Positions 35,896 through 47,330 of a stretch of DNA of 64,000 bases are shown one piece after another. Position numbers and translations under genes: made by a program. The notes under the pieces were generated by a model. It ran no database searches. It saw only the letters and a program-made list of their open reading frames with translations, and was not told the DNA's origin. Source of the DNA: Cyanophora paradoxa CCMP329 (Eukaryota; Plantae; Glaucophyta). The DNA is taken from positions 87,309 to 151,308 of the forward strand of contig QPMI01000115.1 in assembly GCA_004431415.1 (NCBI GenBank). Reading direction: 5' to 3'. Position 1 is the stretch's first letter. Every line of letters begins with the position of its first letter.

Positions 35896-38268
35896 ATGCA
35901 GCGACCCCGCGTACCGGTTCTCCTGGTGCTAGCGCTGGCGGTGGCGTCATGGCCAGCAGCGTTGGGGCAGATCATCCCGTTCAGCCCAGCGCCGAACGTC
36001 ACCCGTGTGCTGGGCTCCGCGGACGGCTCCTTGCCGGTCGACCAGCCAGGCGTCGGTGCGTCGCAGAGGCGCAAGCCCTGAGCTCCATCCAAGTTGCCCT
36101 GTCCCGCCCGGATCCGCGACGCGCGCGCCAGCCCGTGACGCCGGCGCTGTTGCGTGCGCAGGGACGGCCACGCGCTCAACCAACGTCTACGTGCGGCCCG
36201 AGCCTCTCCCTGAAGCTTTGGAAGCTCGAGCTTGCGCTCACTCTTAACTTGGGCCCCTCTCGCCCCGCCCGGCCCCGCGTGCGCAGGCGGCGCGCTTCTG
36301 CTGGCTCGATCGCTCGCTCTACTACGTCAACGTGCGTCCCGCCGCCGCGCCGCGCGCCCGCGCGCCCCGCGACCCGCTCCGACCCTTCCGCAGCACTGGG
36401 AGAGCGCCCTGCGGAAGCTGACGACGCACCCGGAGCACAGGATGAGCCTGCTCGCCGACCTCAGGCCGGTCTACAGTCTGCACCAGGCCGAGGCCATCGA
36501 CCTCGACGACCAGTGCACCGCGTGCGCGCCCGCCGGCGCCGGCCCTATTCCGCCCCCCCGCCCCGCCCCGCCCCGTCCCGTCCCGCCCCGCCCTGTCCCG
36601 TGCGGATAGAGTTGCCCTGCCCCGCCCCGGCACGCCTCGCCCCGTCCCGCCCCGCCCCGCCCCGCCCCGCCCCGCCCCGCCCCGCCCGCACCGCGAGCTC
36701 GCGCTCACTTTCGGACGGGGGCGCTGCGCAGGTACATCCTAATGGCGGGGGGACACGTCCTGAAGGTCCCCCGGGGGGGCTCCCCGCAGGTTCTGGCGGC
36801 CCCGGCCCCCCCGCCCGCCCCGCCCCGCCCCCCGCCCTTTCGAAGGCAACGAGCCGCCGCCCGCCGGCCCGCCCCGGCAGGTCCTTGTGGACCTCACCGG
36901 CGTATGCACGTCCTTCGGCGGCGGCATCGCACTCGACACGAGGCGGCAGCAGCTGTGCGCCCCGCCCCGCACGCCCGCACGCCCACCCGCCGGGCCGGCT
37001 CCCTGCCCTGCAGCTGACGCGACGGGGCGAGCGAGCGCAGCTGGGTGCTGTGCAGCTCCGGCATCCTTCGCGTGACGATCTCCACGGGGGCCAACCAGGT
37101 GCTCTCCCCCTTCTCCTTCCCCCCTCCCCCCTCCCCCTCCCCCCCCCCCCCCCCCGGTTCGAGCTCGAGGGGCGCAGCTCGTGTACTCGGGCTCGACGAT
37201 GACCTCCAGCGGCATCTTCTACGACCGCGCCGCCGACCGCATGTGGCTCGCCGTGCGCCCGCCCCGCTGTACCCCCCTCCCTCCCCCCCCCCACAACGTT
37301 TCGATCCATTGATGACGCTTTCGGCTCGTTAGAACGGGTGGGCCATGTACATACAGTACTTCGAGGATCTGGGGGCCCCGAGCCCGGTCTTATCTCCTTT
37401 TGTCTGCGGGCGCGCTTTTCCCCTTCGTTCTCCCCGGCCCCTGGCTCAGCCGCTCCTCTTAAGTCGTTCCCCCCCCTGCGCGCAGGCCGGGTGCCAAGGG
37501 CTGGGCCGACGGGCCCTGCCTCACGGCGATGGTCAACACCCCCCGTGTGCGTCCCCTGCCGTACCCCTCCAGAGCTTAGTCCCTCTAGATCTCAAGCCCC
37601 GGCTAACGAGCTGTTCCGGATCCTGTGCAGTCGGGTCAGATCGTGCGGTGGCCCGGGGGCGGCTGGTACTTCTGGGCCGAGTACTCTAACCACGTCGTCC
37701 GGGGCATGAACCTCGCGGTGAAAAAAAGAATTAAGCCACGAAACAGCCTTCGCATCTGTTCTTATTTCCGCTGTCTGCGCAGACGAACGAAGTCGTCACC
37801 GTCGCCGGCTGCGGCACGGCCACCGACAGCGAGGGCGGTGCGCACAGCAGCCTCTCCCGCTCGCGGGACAGCAGGCCGCAACCCTCTGAATCACTGACGT
37901 GTACCCCCAGTCGGCACGTCGGCGTGCATCTCGTACCCCCTCGGCGTCGCCTGGGACTCCTCGAAAGGCGAGCGGCCCGCCCTCTTTCCTTACGCCAGCC
38001 ACTTCTGACTACTCCGCCCCGCGCCGCCTCCCCTCCAGGCCACCTCTACGTCACTACCGAGAGCGGGCGAGCCCTGCGCACCCTCCCCCTCCTCCTGCGA
38101 GTCCCGGTCCTCCTCACCGCTGAGGCTGACGCGGGCGGGGGTACGCCTTGTTTTCGGCGCAGGATCTACCGGATCGGGACGGGCAGGGCGCTCCGGCCCT
38201 ACTCCGCGGTGGAGATGAAGGGCGGCGCCCTCTCCGTCACCGGCGGCGGCGCCTTCGTCGTCGCCTGA
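35896..38268 (+). CDS. Secreted NHL-repeat / beta-propeller-like protein
   Basis: Signal peptide MQRPRVPVLLVLALAVASWPAALG; propeller-blade-like exons (GGIALDTRRQQL, SGIFYDRAADRMW, YFWAEYSNHVVRGMNL, VVTVAGCG, GHLYVTT, RIYRI). Confidence 0.6.
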
Positions 38269-38711
38269 GCCTTCGGGCCGGCTTCGACTTCGGGTTTTCT
38301 GGTGTACGTGTACAGATGCGAGCACGTGTGCTGTATTCGGCCTTCGCAGCGTCGCCTAAGCCAGCCCCGAGGCCCCGAGGCCCCTCCGGACCTGCTGCTC
38401 CGCCCCATCTGCCTCTTGCCGCAGTGCTTCGCTCTCGCCCGATCCGGATCTGTCGCCCACACAGCTATGATAGTTCCATGTACAGCTGCGATTAATGTAC
38501 CTAGCTAACGTCACTGTTTACATTTAAATAGGCTTCCGGGACGCACGCGAGCGCGCATGGCCGACGCACTGACCGCAGCCACCGTCGCCAAGGGTGCCGG
38601 CCCTGCGCCCGCGCCTGCGAACCTCGGCCCCGCTCGGCCCGGCTGCGCCTCTTCTAAGCGGGGAGCCCGGGCTTCGAATTCGGGCCCCCGCAGGAGCCGA
38701 GCCGGCGTTCA

Positions 38712-41536
38712 TCATCTCCGCCGGAGGTCGTACACCTGCGAACGAAGCTCAGCTCAGCTGAGCTCAGCAGAGGCTCAGCTGAGCTCAGCAGAGGCGCTCG
38801 CTCGCCTGGAGGAGGGAGGGGTCGGCGGGGCCGGCGAGGAGCTCGACGCCGGCCGCCCGCCGGTAGATCGCCCGGTGCTCCAGCTGCCGGGGGGGATCAG
38901 CTGAGAGTGCTCAGGAGAACAGAGGGGCAGATCCGGAGCCCTGTAGTGCTCATAGCGGCGGGGCGGCCGGCTGTGCGAAGAGAGGGGCGGAGGAGCGCTA
39001 TCTAAGCTGGTCTTAGCTCCGAGGCCTAGGCTCCCCTTCCGCCTCGTCCCGACCGGGCCGGGCCGGCCCCCCTTCCGCCGTCGCTTAATGTAGAGCGGCG
39101 CGGCCCCGAGGCCTAGGCTCCCCTTCCCTTCGCCTCGTCCCGACCGGGCCGGCCCCCCTTCAGCCGGCTGGTCCAGCGCTAGAACTAGAGCGGCCTAGTC
39201 CCGGACGGGCCGGCCCCGCCCCCCTTCCGCCAGCAAATTAGAGCGGCGCACGTCGTGCTCATGGAAGCCGCCGTAGTCGCAGCGGCGCAGGTACGCCACG
39301 CCCCGCGCCGTCAGCCGGAACACACCGAGCCTGCCGGGAGGTGAGGGGGGGGAGGGGAGGAGGAGAGGGGGTGGGGGGAGGGGGGAGGCGCGCTTCTCCT
39401 GGGGGTACAGGGGCGCCACGACGATGGAGATGGCCTCGGGAAGCTGGAGCTGGTACCCCAGCAGGTTGTGCTGGTCGATGGACGAGAGGAAGCACTCCTG
39501 CGACGGGTGCGTCTGCGCGCGGGGGATCCACGTCGGCGCGGGTCCGTGGGGGTACGCTGGAGCTTGAATCAAGCGGAAACGGACGTGTATGCAGCCGAGG
39601 ACGGTGAGTTGGTGCTCGAGCGTCACAGCGATCGATCCCTGTGCAATGAGTGAGCGATAGGCGAGAGGGGAAGCGGGCGAGCGGGGTACCATTTCGTCCT
39701 CCTCCGTCTCGCAGCTGTCCGGGGTACCGCTCTGGGGCGGCAGAATGAGGGCCGTGACCTGGTACCCCTCTCCGACCTGCGCGGGTTGCTTCAGAGCGAC
39801 AACCAAGAAAGGACGGAAGGGGGATACCGGCCGGCCCGCGAGGACGGCGCACGTCTCCCGGTTCGCTTCGGTGTTTGGCCGCGCGATCTCTTCGAACAAG
39901 TCCACGAGCTGCGGGGGTACTCAATTTAGAGCGCGAGCGGTGCACCCCAGCTGACGCCGAGCAGGGGGGTACGCTTCGCGCCTCGGCGGCGATGCGGACG
40001 GGTCGAAGGGGCGGGCCGCCCGGCTCGGGATCGAAGTCGGACGACTGGGGTACGGGATGAGGAGGTTCGGGGGAGAACATCCTAGGGGGTACAGGCGCGC
40101 ACCGAGACACGTCCGCGGGCGGAGGGCGTTCGGTAGATTGGAGGGTGGGCGGGGGGGTAGAGGGGGGCGCTGTTTTGTGGCGCGGGCGCGGCAGCGGGAG
40201 CAGGGGCGGGAGCGGGGGCGGGGGGAGGGGGTAGCGAGAAGGACGAGGAGGGGGAGACGACGGGGTAGGGAGGTGCCACCGGGGCCGAGGGGGTAGAGGC
40301 TCGGGGTGCCGGGGGCGGGGCGGGGGCGTACGGGGCCGGTTGAGGGGGGGTAGCGAGGGGCGCGGGGGGCCTGGCCCCAAAGGGGTTGTAGGGGGCCGGG
40401 GCGGGGCGGGGGCCCGAGGCCGGGAGGTACGGGGCCGGCACCCGCCTCGGAGTCTGCTCGGGAACCGCCCCGCAGCGCTTTAGGGCCAGATCTGCGGGGT
40501 ACAGTCTCGCGAAAGCGCGCGGGGGGGGAGGAGGGGGGGGTACGTGGACGGACCGAGTTCGGGACAGGAGACGCTGCTCCTTTGCAGGATGCGCTGCGCC
40601 TGCGGAAAGGTTCGAAGGGGTACAAGAAACAAGGCGGGAAGAAGGGGGTACCGCGACGAGGTCCTGAGGCGGCCCGCCGCGGCTCGCCAGGACCCGAGCG
40701 ATGGCCCTGTCGACACATGAGACGTCAACGGGGAAAGTTGGGAAGAGAATGACGAAAACGCGCGTACCCCGCAGTGGCGAGCTGCTGAAGGCGAATGGCC
40801 TCGACTTCGGATCGCGGGAGGTCCGCAAGAGCGTCCCTGTCGCCCCTGTACGTCGGCGCGCGGAGTGAGAAGCCGGCGGGTGGGTCCTGCGCTGGGATCG
40901 GAGCGCGTGCTCTCGCACAGGAGGCGGTTCTTCTGCTCGTTCAGAGCTGCTGTGCGACGCAGCGCCTCCTCCGCACGCGCGCGCATCTCCTGCGCCGGGC
41001 AGGCGGGAGGGATCGGAGGGAGCGCCTCGCGCGCCGCAGAGAATCGGCACGCGCCTCTCGTGCGGCCTTCCCCTCCGCCGTTCGGGCGGCGCGCTCCTGC
41101 GCCTCCTTCCTCCGCTGCTCGGCGGCCGGGACCTGCTGCTCGAGGGACCGCAGCTGCGAGGCGCTTTAGAGACGTACGCGAAGAGCCGTACGCGTAATCG
41201 CACCTCCGCATCGCGAAAGCGGATCACATCTTGGAGCACGTCGGCCCCCAATGCGGCCCACTCGTCGTCGTCCGGCTCCGGCGGGCGGCGCTCCGCTGGA
41301 TTATCGCCCGCTTCGCGGAGGAGCTGCCGCTGCTTCTCGAGGCGCCTCCGAACGTCGGAAAGTTCGACACGGATCGCTCGCAAGCGGGCCTCGAGCGCTG
41401 ACCGGTCCTGCAATGCACCGCGGCCTTGACCTCGGGGCGCGGGCTTCCGAAGCGGCGCATCGTCCGCTGCCCGTACAGAGACCGGACGAGACGGTCCCGG
41501 TGGCCCCGCCTTGGCCCCGCGAGCCGCCGGCTTCAT
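38712..41536 (-). CDS. AMSH/STAMBP-like JAMM (MPN+) deubiquitinase
   Basis: ETCAVLAG, ALILPPQSGTPDSCET, GCIH|THPSQECFLSSIDQH (intact E..HxH-x7-S-x2-D after splicing), YQLQLPEAISIVVAP, GVFRLT, GFHEH, terminal VYDLRRR*. A Pro/Tyr-rich linker and coiled N-terminus lie upstream. Confidence 0.88.
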
Positions 41537-41607
41537 TTTGATCGGCCCGGGTACAGCGACGAAGAACGTCGAACTTGTACCAGCCGAGGCAGGCTGGCGC
41601 GGGCTAG

Positions 41608-44600
41608 ATGAGCGACCCGAGGCTGACTTGTAGGGGCACACTGGAGCTCCTAGGTAGGCGGCTGCGATCCGCATGGGCCAACCTCGCGCCCGAGCGCCGC
41701 CCGACTCGCCCCGCGCAGACTATCTGCGAGATGTCGTCTGGAACGACTCTCGGAGCAGCGGTGCGGCCCGCGGCTTGCCCCGTCAATGCGCCCGACTCGC
41801 CGCGCTCATCTCCGCTGCGCACGCGCCCGCAGACATCGTCGTCGAGTGTTTCGGCGTTCAATACCACCTCCACAAGGTTTCCCGCCCTCCCCGCACCGCC
41901 CCTGGGCGCCAGCTGAGCAGTCGTGCCGCGGACAGCTGGTGCTCTCTCGATGCCCCTACTTCCGCAGCATGTTCTCTTCTGTGTGGGAGGAGTCTCGGAA
42001 CCGCAAGGCGCGCCTCATTTGAATGCGGCGGCCCTCGCAACCGCCTTCCGAGCCCGCTGAGCCGCCGCGTCGCAGGTGCTGCTAGACATCGACGATCCGG
42101 ACATCGACGGGGCCTCCGTGCAGCTGGCGCTCCAGTTCCTCTACGGCTTCACGCTCGAATTCGTGCGCCCCGCGAGGCGGAGCGCCGAGGATCGCGCGCC
42201 TCTGACGCGCCGCCGCCGCGCCGCGCGAACCGCAGCGGGACGTTGGGGACGTTCTGAGCCTGTACGCCTGCGCCAGCTTCCTCGCAATGGACAGGTTTCC
42301 CCCTTGCCGTCCTCGCGCTCCAATTCCGCACCGCCCGAGAGCCGCCGCCGCAGCCTTCGCGAGCAGTGCCGCGCGTTCCTCATCGAGCGTCTGGACTTCT
42401 CCTGCGTGGACCGATACTACAGGCGAGCACGAAGATAATCCGTTCCGCGAGATTCGATCCCTGATCATCGCCCCCGCAGGTTCTTCCGTCGGAAGTGCTA
42501 CGTGGACGGCGAGCCGATCCTCAAGGCCTGCAGGCGCGCCCGGTTCGAATCCTGGCGGGTCCAATTCCCTCTAACGGCTCCGCGCAGGACGCTCCTCATC
42601 GCCCACGCGAAGGACCGGCCCCCAGTGCTCCTTCGCCTACCCCCCGACCTGCTCGTCGAGGTGCGGGGGTACGGGGGTACGGGACTCGCGGGCGGCACTT
42701 TCTCTTGACGCACCCCCCCATCAGGTCCTCTCGTCGGACGCGCTGTGCGTGCGCTCCGAGTACGATCGCTTCCTCCTCGTCCAGTGGCTCCTCGGAGCCC
42801 TCGACGCCGTGCGCCCGTACCCGGCCTCGAGAAATGACGTACCCCCGACCGATCTGCCCCCTCCTCTCTCTCGCGCCTCTCCTGCAGACCGTTCGGGGCG
42901 AGGCGCAGCCGACTGCGGGCGAGGAGGAGTGTACCCCCGGCGAGGGCGAGGGGCCGGCCTCCTGCTCCGCCCGCGGCCGGTGCGCATCGACGCGCCCCGT
43001 TCGACGCGCCCCCGGCCGACGCGCGCGCAGGAGCACCAGCCCCCTCTCGGGCTCCCTTCGGATCCTCTCCCCGGATCCCCTCGAAGCGCTGGCCGCCGGC
43101 GCCGCCGCCCGCGCCCGCGCCGCGACCCCCGCCGCCCCCTCCTCCTCCTCATCCTCCGCCTCCGCATCCACGGCGCCCTCCGCGGCGCTGCCCTCCGCCC
43201 CGCCGGCCTCGCCGGCGACCCCGTCGGCGACCGGGGACGGGGAGAGCGCGGACCCGTCGGACGCGGCCGCCGCGTGCGACCGGGAGGAAGGGCCCGCGTC
43301 GGCGTCCTCCTCGGCGGCCCTGGTCGGCGGCGACGGCGGGGCCTCGCTCCTCGACGCGGACGGCCTCCAGCAGCTCCGAGACGTGCGCAAGCGAGCTCTG
43401 CAGCTCTGCAGCTCTGCAGCTTGCTCGATCGGGCGCCGTCTCCGCCTCTAGCCAACTAATCAACCACCCTTCCTCCCTCTAGTCGCTCCTGCCTCAGCGC
43501 CGTCCGCCCGGCTCCGACTAACCGACCGCCCCTCCTCCCTCCAGACGCTGCTGCGGCAGATCCGGTACTCGGCCTTCACGTACAAGCAGCTCTTCGAGGC
43601 CCGCGCCCACGGCCCCGTGCGCCCCGCCCGCCCGCCCGCCCGCCCGCGCCCCCCGCCAAGAGCGGCTAGGGGGGGGGCTAGAGGCCCCCCCGCCTGGACC
43701 CCCCCCCCCCCCCCCGTCAGACTCGAGATACTGGAGGGGCGCGGGAGCCCGCCCCGGCCCGCCCCGGCCGCGGAGACTAGATCGCCGAGAATAGATCAAC
43801 AAGAGGCTAGGCCCGCCCCCGCCCCGTTCGACTCCACTCCGGCCTTGGAAAGACTAAAGACTTCGCCCCCTCTGGCCTTGGAAGAGATCAAAGACTCCGC
43901 CCCCCTCTGAGAGAGACTCCGCCCCGCCCCGCCCAACCCCGCCCGTCTAACCCCCGCCCCCGCCCCCGCCCCGCCCCGCCCCTGGCGCAGGTGGAGGGCT
44001 CGCTGCTGGAGCGGGGGATGTGGCGGAAGGAGTACGCGCGCACCGTCCTCACCCGCTGCGTCGAGCCCGTCCCCTCCGAGCGCTTCGAGGAGCTCCGCTG
44101 GTGCGCCCGAACTCCCCGCCGGGGGCGCGGGCGGGGGCCGGGGGCGGGGCGGCGGGCGGGCGGGCGCGGGCGGGGAGAGGGCACTGGGCTCGATGCCTGC
44201 CGGGCCGCCGCCGCGTGCTTCTCCCCTACCGGGCCTGGCGGCCCTCCCGCCCCGCAGCCCAGCCCAGCCCGCTTTCAGCCGGGCCGCGCGCCTCTCCTCT
44301 CCCCGCCTCACCGCGCCTCACCGCGCCGGGCAGGTGGTCCGAGTTCCCCAAGGCGAAGATCTCCATGCACTCCACCTTCTCCGTGCGCCCCCGGCCCCCC
44401 CTCCCCTCCCCTCCCCTCCGGGCCAGGCCCGCCCGCCCGCCCTCCCGCGTGACGCCGGGGCCAGGACGTGACGTTCGCGTTCGGGTCCCTCTGGAAGCTC
44501 TCCGTCCGCGTCGACGTCAAGGTCCGCGCTTCCGGGGGGGGGGGGGGGGGGGGGGTAGGGGAGGGGGAGATCTGGAGCGCCCCGCCTGCCTTCCGGGACG

Positions 44601-45425
44601 TGGGGGCTAGAGGCGGCCCCGCCCGCCGCCCCGCGCCCCCCGCCCCCCCTTCCGCCCGCCCCCCCTCCCCCCTCACTTCTGCCTCTTCCTACCCAGGAGG
44701 GCAAGAGCGCGCTGGCGTGCTTCCTCTACCGCGAGAGCGTACCCGGGCCCGCCCCCTCCTCCTCCTCCGGCGGCCCCCAGGTCCGCCCCGCCCCGCCCGC
44801 CGCGATCCCAGGCCGCCCCGCCCCCCCCGCCTCTCACGGATCTCACGGCAGCACCACGGCTCGGGGTACGAGTACGTCTCCATGCACCGCAAGTTCCGGT
44901 ACCCCCCCTTTCCGCCCATCAACCCCGCCGTCTCACCCCCCTCACCCCCCCGCCTCCCCTCCTCCCAGCTACTCGTTCTGCCTGCCCGACGTGGACTGCG
45001 AGAAGAAGTACTCCGGCACGCAGGAGTTCCTCCGCGAGAAGGGCGACAACTGGGTACCCCCCTCCGCCCCCGCCCCCGCCCCCGCCCCCGCCCCGCGCAG
45101 CGCGCGCCCTCCCCGTCGTCCCTGCATCGAGATCTAGGCTCCTCCTCCTCCCTCTCCCCGGTCTTTCTATTCTAGAATTAGAGGGCTCGGAGTCGGATCC
45201 ACGCTCATCTATCTCCCCGGGCGCCCGCTGACGGGACCCCCGCCGGGCACAGGGCTTCCCTTAGAATGATTGCTTGGATCTGGATCTAGATACAACTATC
45301 TCTCCGGCCGTTTCTTGACGCTCCCCGGGCAGGGCTTCCCGCGCATGTACGAGTACGGGACACTGGACGAGATCGTGCGGGGGCCCGCCCTCAACATCGC
45401 CGTCTGCCTCCTCCCCGTCCTCTGA
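41608..45425 (+). CDS. BTB/POZ-BACK domain protein with MATH-like C-terminus (putative Cullin-3 adaptor)
   Basis: DIVVECFGVQYHLHK/LVLSRCPYFRSMFS..WEES, LALQFLYG, LREQCRAFL, VLSSDALCVRSEYDRF, LLRQIRYS; C-terminal FGSLWKLSV, LACFLY, NW|GFPRM. Confidence 0.8.
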
Positions 45426-45583
45426 GAGGGAGAGGGGAGAGGCGGCGGGCCGGCGGGCCGCGGCCGCAGCCGGACCCTTACGTTCGAGCGTGAGCCTTTA
45501 ATCTAGGGTGCATTAGGAGTCAACAAGTTTAAACTAGGCGATCGTGGATATGCTCTGTGTATCAGCGGCACTGCCGCGGCAGC

Positions 45584-45916
45584 TAGGGGTGCACCGAGTC
45601 CGAGTCCGACTCGAGTCGACTCGAGCAAACCCGCCGGGTAGCGAGTCCGAGCAATTCGGGCACCCGACTCGAGTGGGGTTCGATTCCCCAGGACTCGAGT
45701 CTTGGACTCGAGTTCGGGGGGGCGAATCCGCGAACTGGGGGGGCCAAGGAAACCAGGAGTGCGAGTACCCCAAAACGCCCCTTCTAGCCCCCCCCGGACT
45801 CGACCCCGGGACTCGAGTCCTCCGACTCTACCCGGACTCGAGCCGAGTCCGAGCAATTCGACCGGGTACCGAGTCGAGTCGAGCAATACGACCAGTGGAC
45901 TCGATACTCACCCCTA
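45584..45916. mobile_element. hAT-type MITE (333 bp)
   Basis: TIRs TAGGGGTG...CACCCCTA; perfect 8-bp TSD GCGGCAGC at 45576-45583 and 45917-45924; many internal ACTCG/CGAGT subterminal repeats. Confidence 0.9.
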
Positions 45917-46040
45917 GCGGCAGCCCCCAAATGACTTCATTGGATTCCAAAGTTCATGATCAAGGCTGCGCCGCTGCGACTCCTGCGAGCCCAGGCTACG
46001 TTTTTGCTAGACCCCTTCTCAGCGCTAGCTCATAGTCAGC

Positions 46041-46651
46041 TAGGGCTGTCACGGTAGACCCCCCCCCTCTACCCGGTCGGTAGACCTCTCTGACCCGTAC
46101 CGACCGGGTACGCCCGGTAGGTCACGGCTGGCACGCATAGTACGCGAAAACTGACGCAAAATCAAGCTAAAATTCGTCAAGCTCCAAGGCGCCACGCGCC
46201 TAAACTGTTTACACGCTACTTTGCGCATCTACAGCTTGCATTCGATTGCACATGTACAGCTGCAGGAGCAGCGTATTAACGGAGCACCTCGTCAGTGAGC
46301 TCGAGCTCCGCCCACGCTTTCTCCTCCATCTCTAGATCTGGGCTCAGTCCAAGGTCGTCGAGGAACTTGTAGCGTGGGTCCAGCAGCGTGGCGATGCGCA
46401 CGCGGCGTGCCACGCGCGCCGCGCGCGCGCGCGCTAGCGCTAGCGCTACCGCGTAGACTGGCGGCGTAGTACGGCGCGTACTACGGTACCGGTAACGTGC
46501 CGGGTGCCCGGGGCGCGCCCGGCTACCCCCCAACGGGCGAATTTGTATGGCTACCGGGCTTGTATGACGGTAGACCGGGCAAGTCTACCGGGCCGGTCGG
46601 TAGGACCAGTCTACCGCTACCGCGCCGTACCGCGAGTCCGCGACAGCCCTA
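46041..46651 (-). mobile_element. Non-autonomous hAT transposon (611 bp) with transposase remnant
   Basis: TIRs TAGGGCTGTC(A/G)CGG; perfect 8-bp TSD TAGTCAGC at 46033-46040 and 46652-46659; CGGTA/TACCG subterminal repeats; internal - strand peptide IATLLDPRYKFL matches the hAT A..LDPR.K motif. Confidence 0.92.
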
Positions 46652-47330
46652 TAGTCAGCTGCAGGCTGCAGCCTGCAGTACGTGAAGCCGCTGAAGCAGT
46701 ACTATAGCTAGTGTGAACGGATTCGGAGCTCTCAATCGCGATGTCGCGGCATTGTCGCCAAAAATTAAATTATTAAACTCGCCATGGCCATGAAGTGGCG
46801 CATGAAAGCGCCGAATCCGAAAGCCCGGCGGCCATCGATCGAGCGCTAGCTCACCGGTACCGTTGAACATGAAGCGTTAGGGCGTCGCGCCCCTTCGTTC
46901 TGGGGGGGAGTACAGGTGCATCGTCGAAAAGCTGCGGTACCGGGGGTTCGTCAGTGCTGCGCATGCATATGCGGCAGTGCAGCGGCACGCCGCCGATCGC
47001 AAGTTGCAATTGTAACTCAGTGCATGACTAGCGCGCTCCGTAGCGGTAAGGTTGCTGGACTCGCGCGGCATATGCATGCTTGCAGCTGATATCGGGTCGT
47101 TTATTGCATCAATCAGGCGGAGCCGGGGCAGCGAGTCGACAGATATGCAGGCGCCGGCTAATGCAGCTTGCGCGGCCGCGGCCGCGCAGCTGATCATGAC
47201 CGCGTCGACAGCGATCGCATGACCTAGGCCTCGGCGAGCAGCCGCTGAGCCGCCAGCCGCGGCCGCGACCGCCGCAACAGCGACTGCAGCCGCGCATTTC
47301 CCGCTCGGCCGGCCGCGCGCGGCCAATCCG

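Noticed and set aside
38745-39235. Short direct repeats in AMSH-like gene introns as a mobile element
   Set aside because: They are local slippage-type duplications without TIRs or TSDs.
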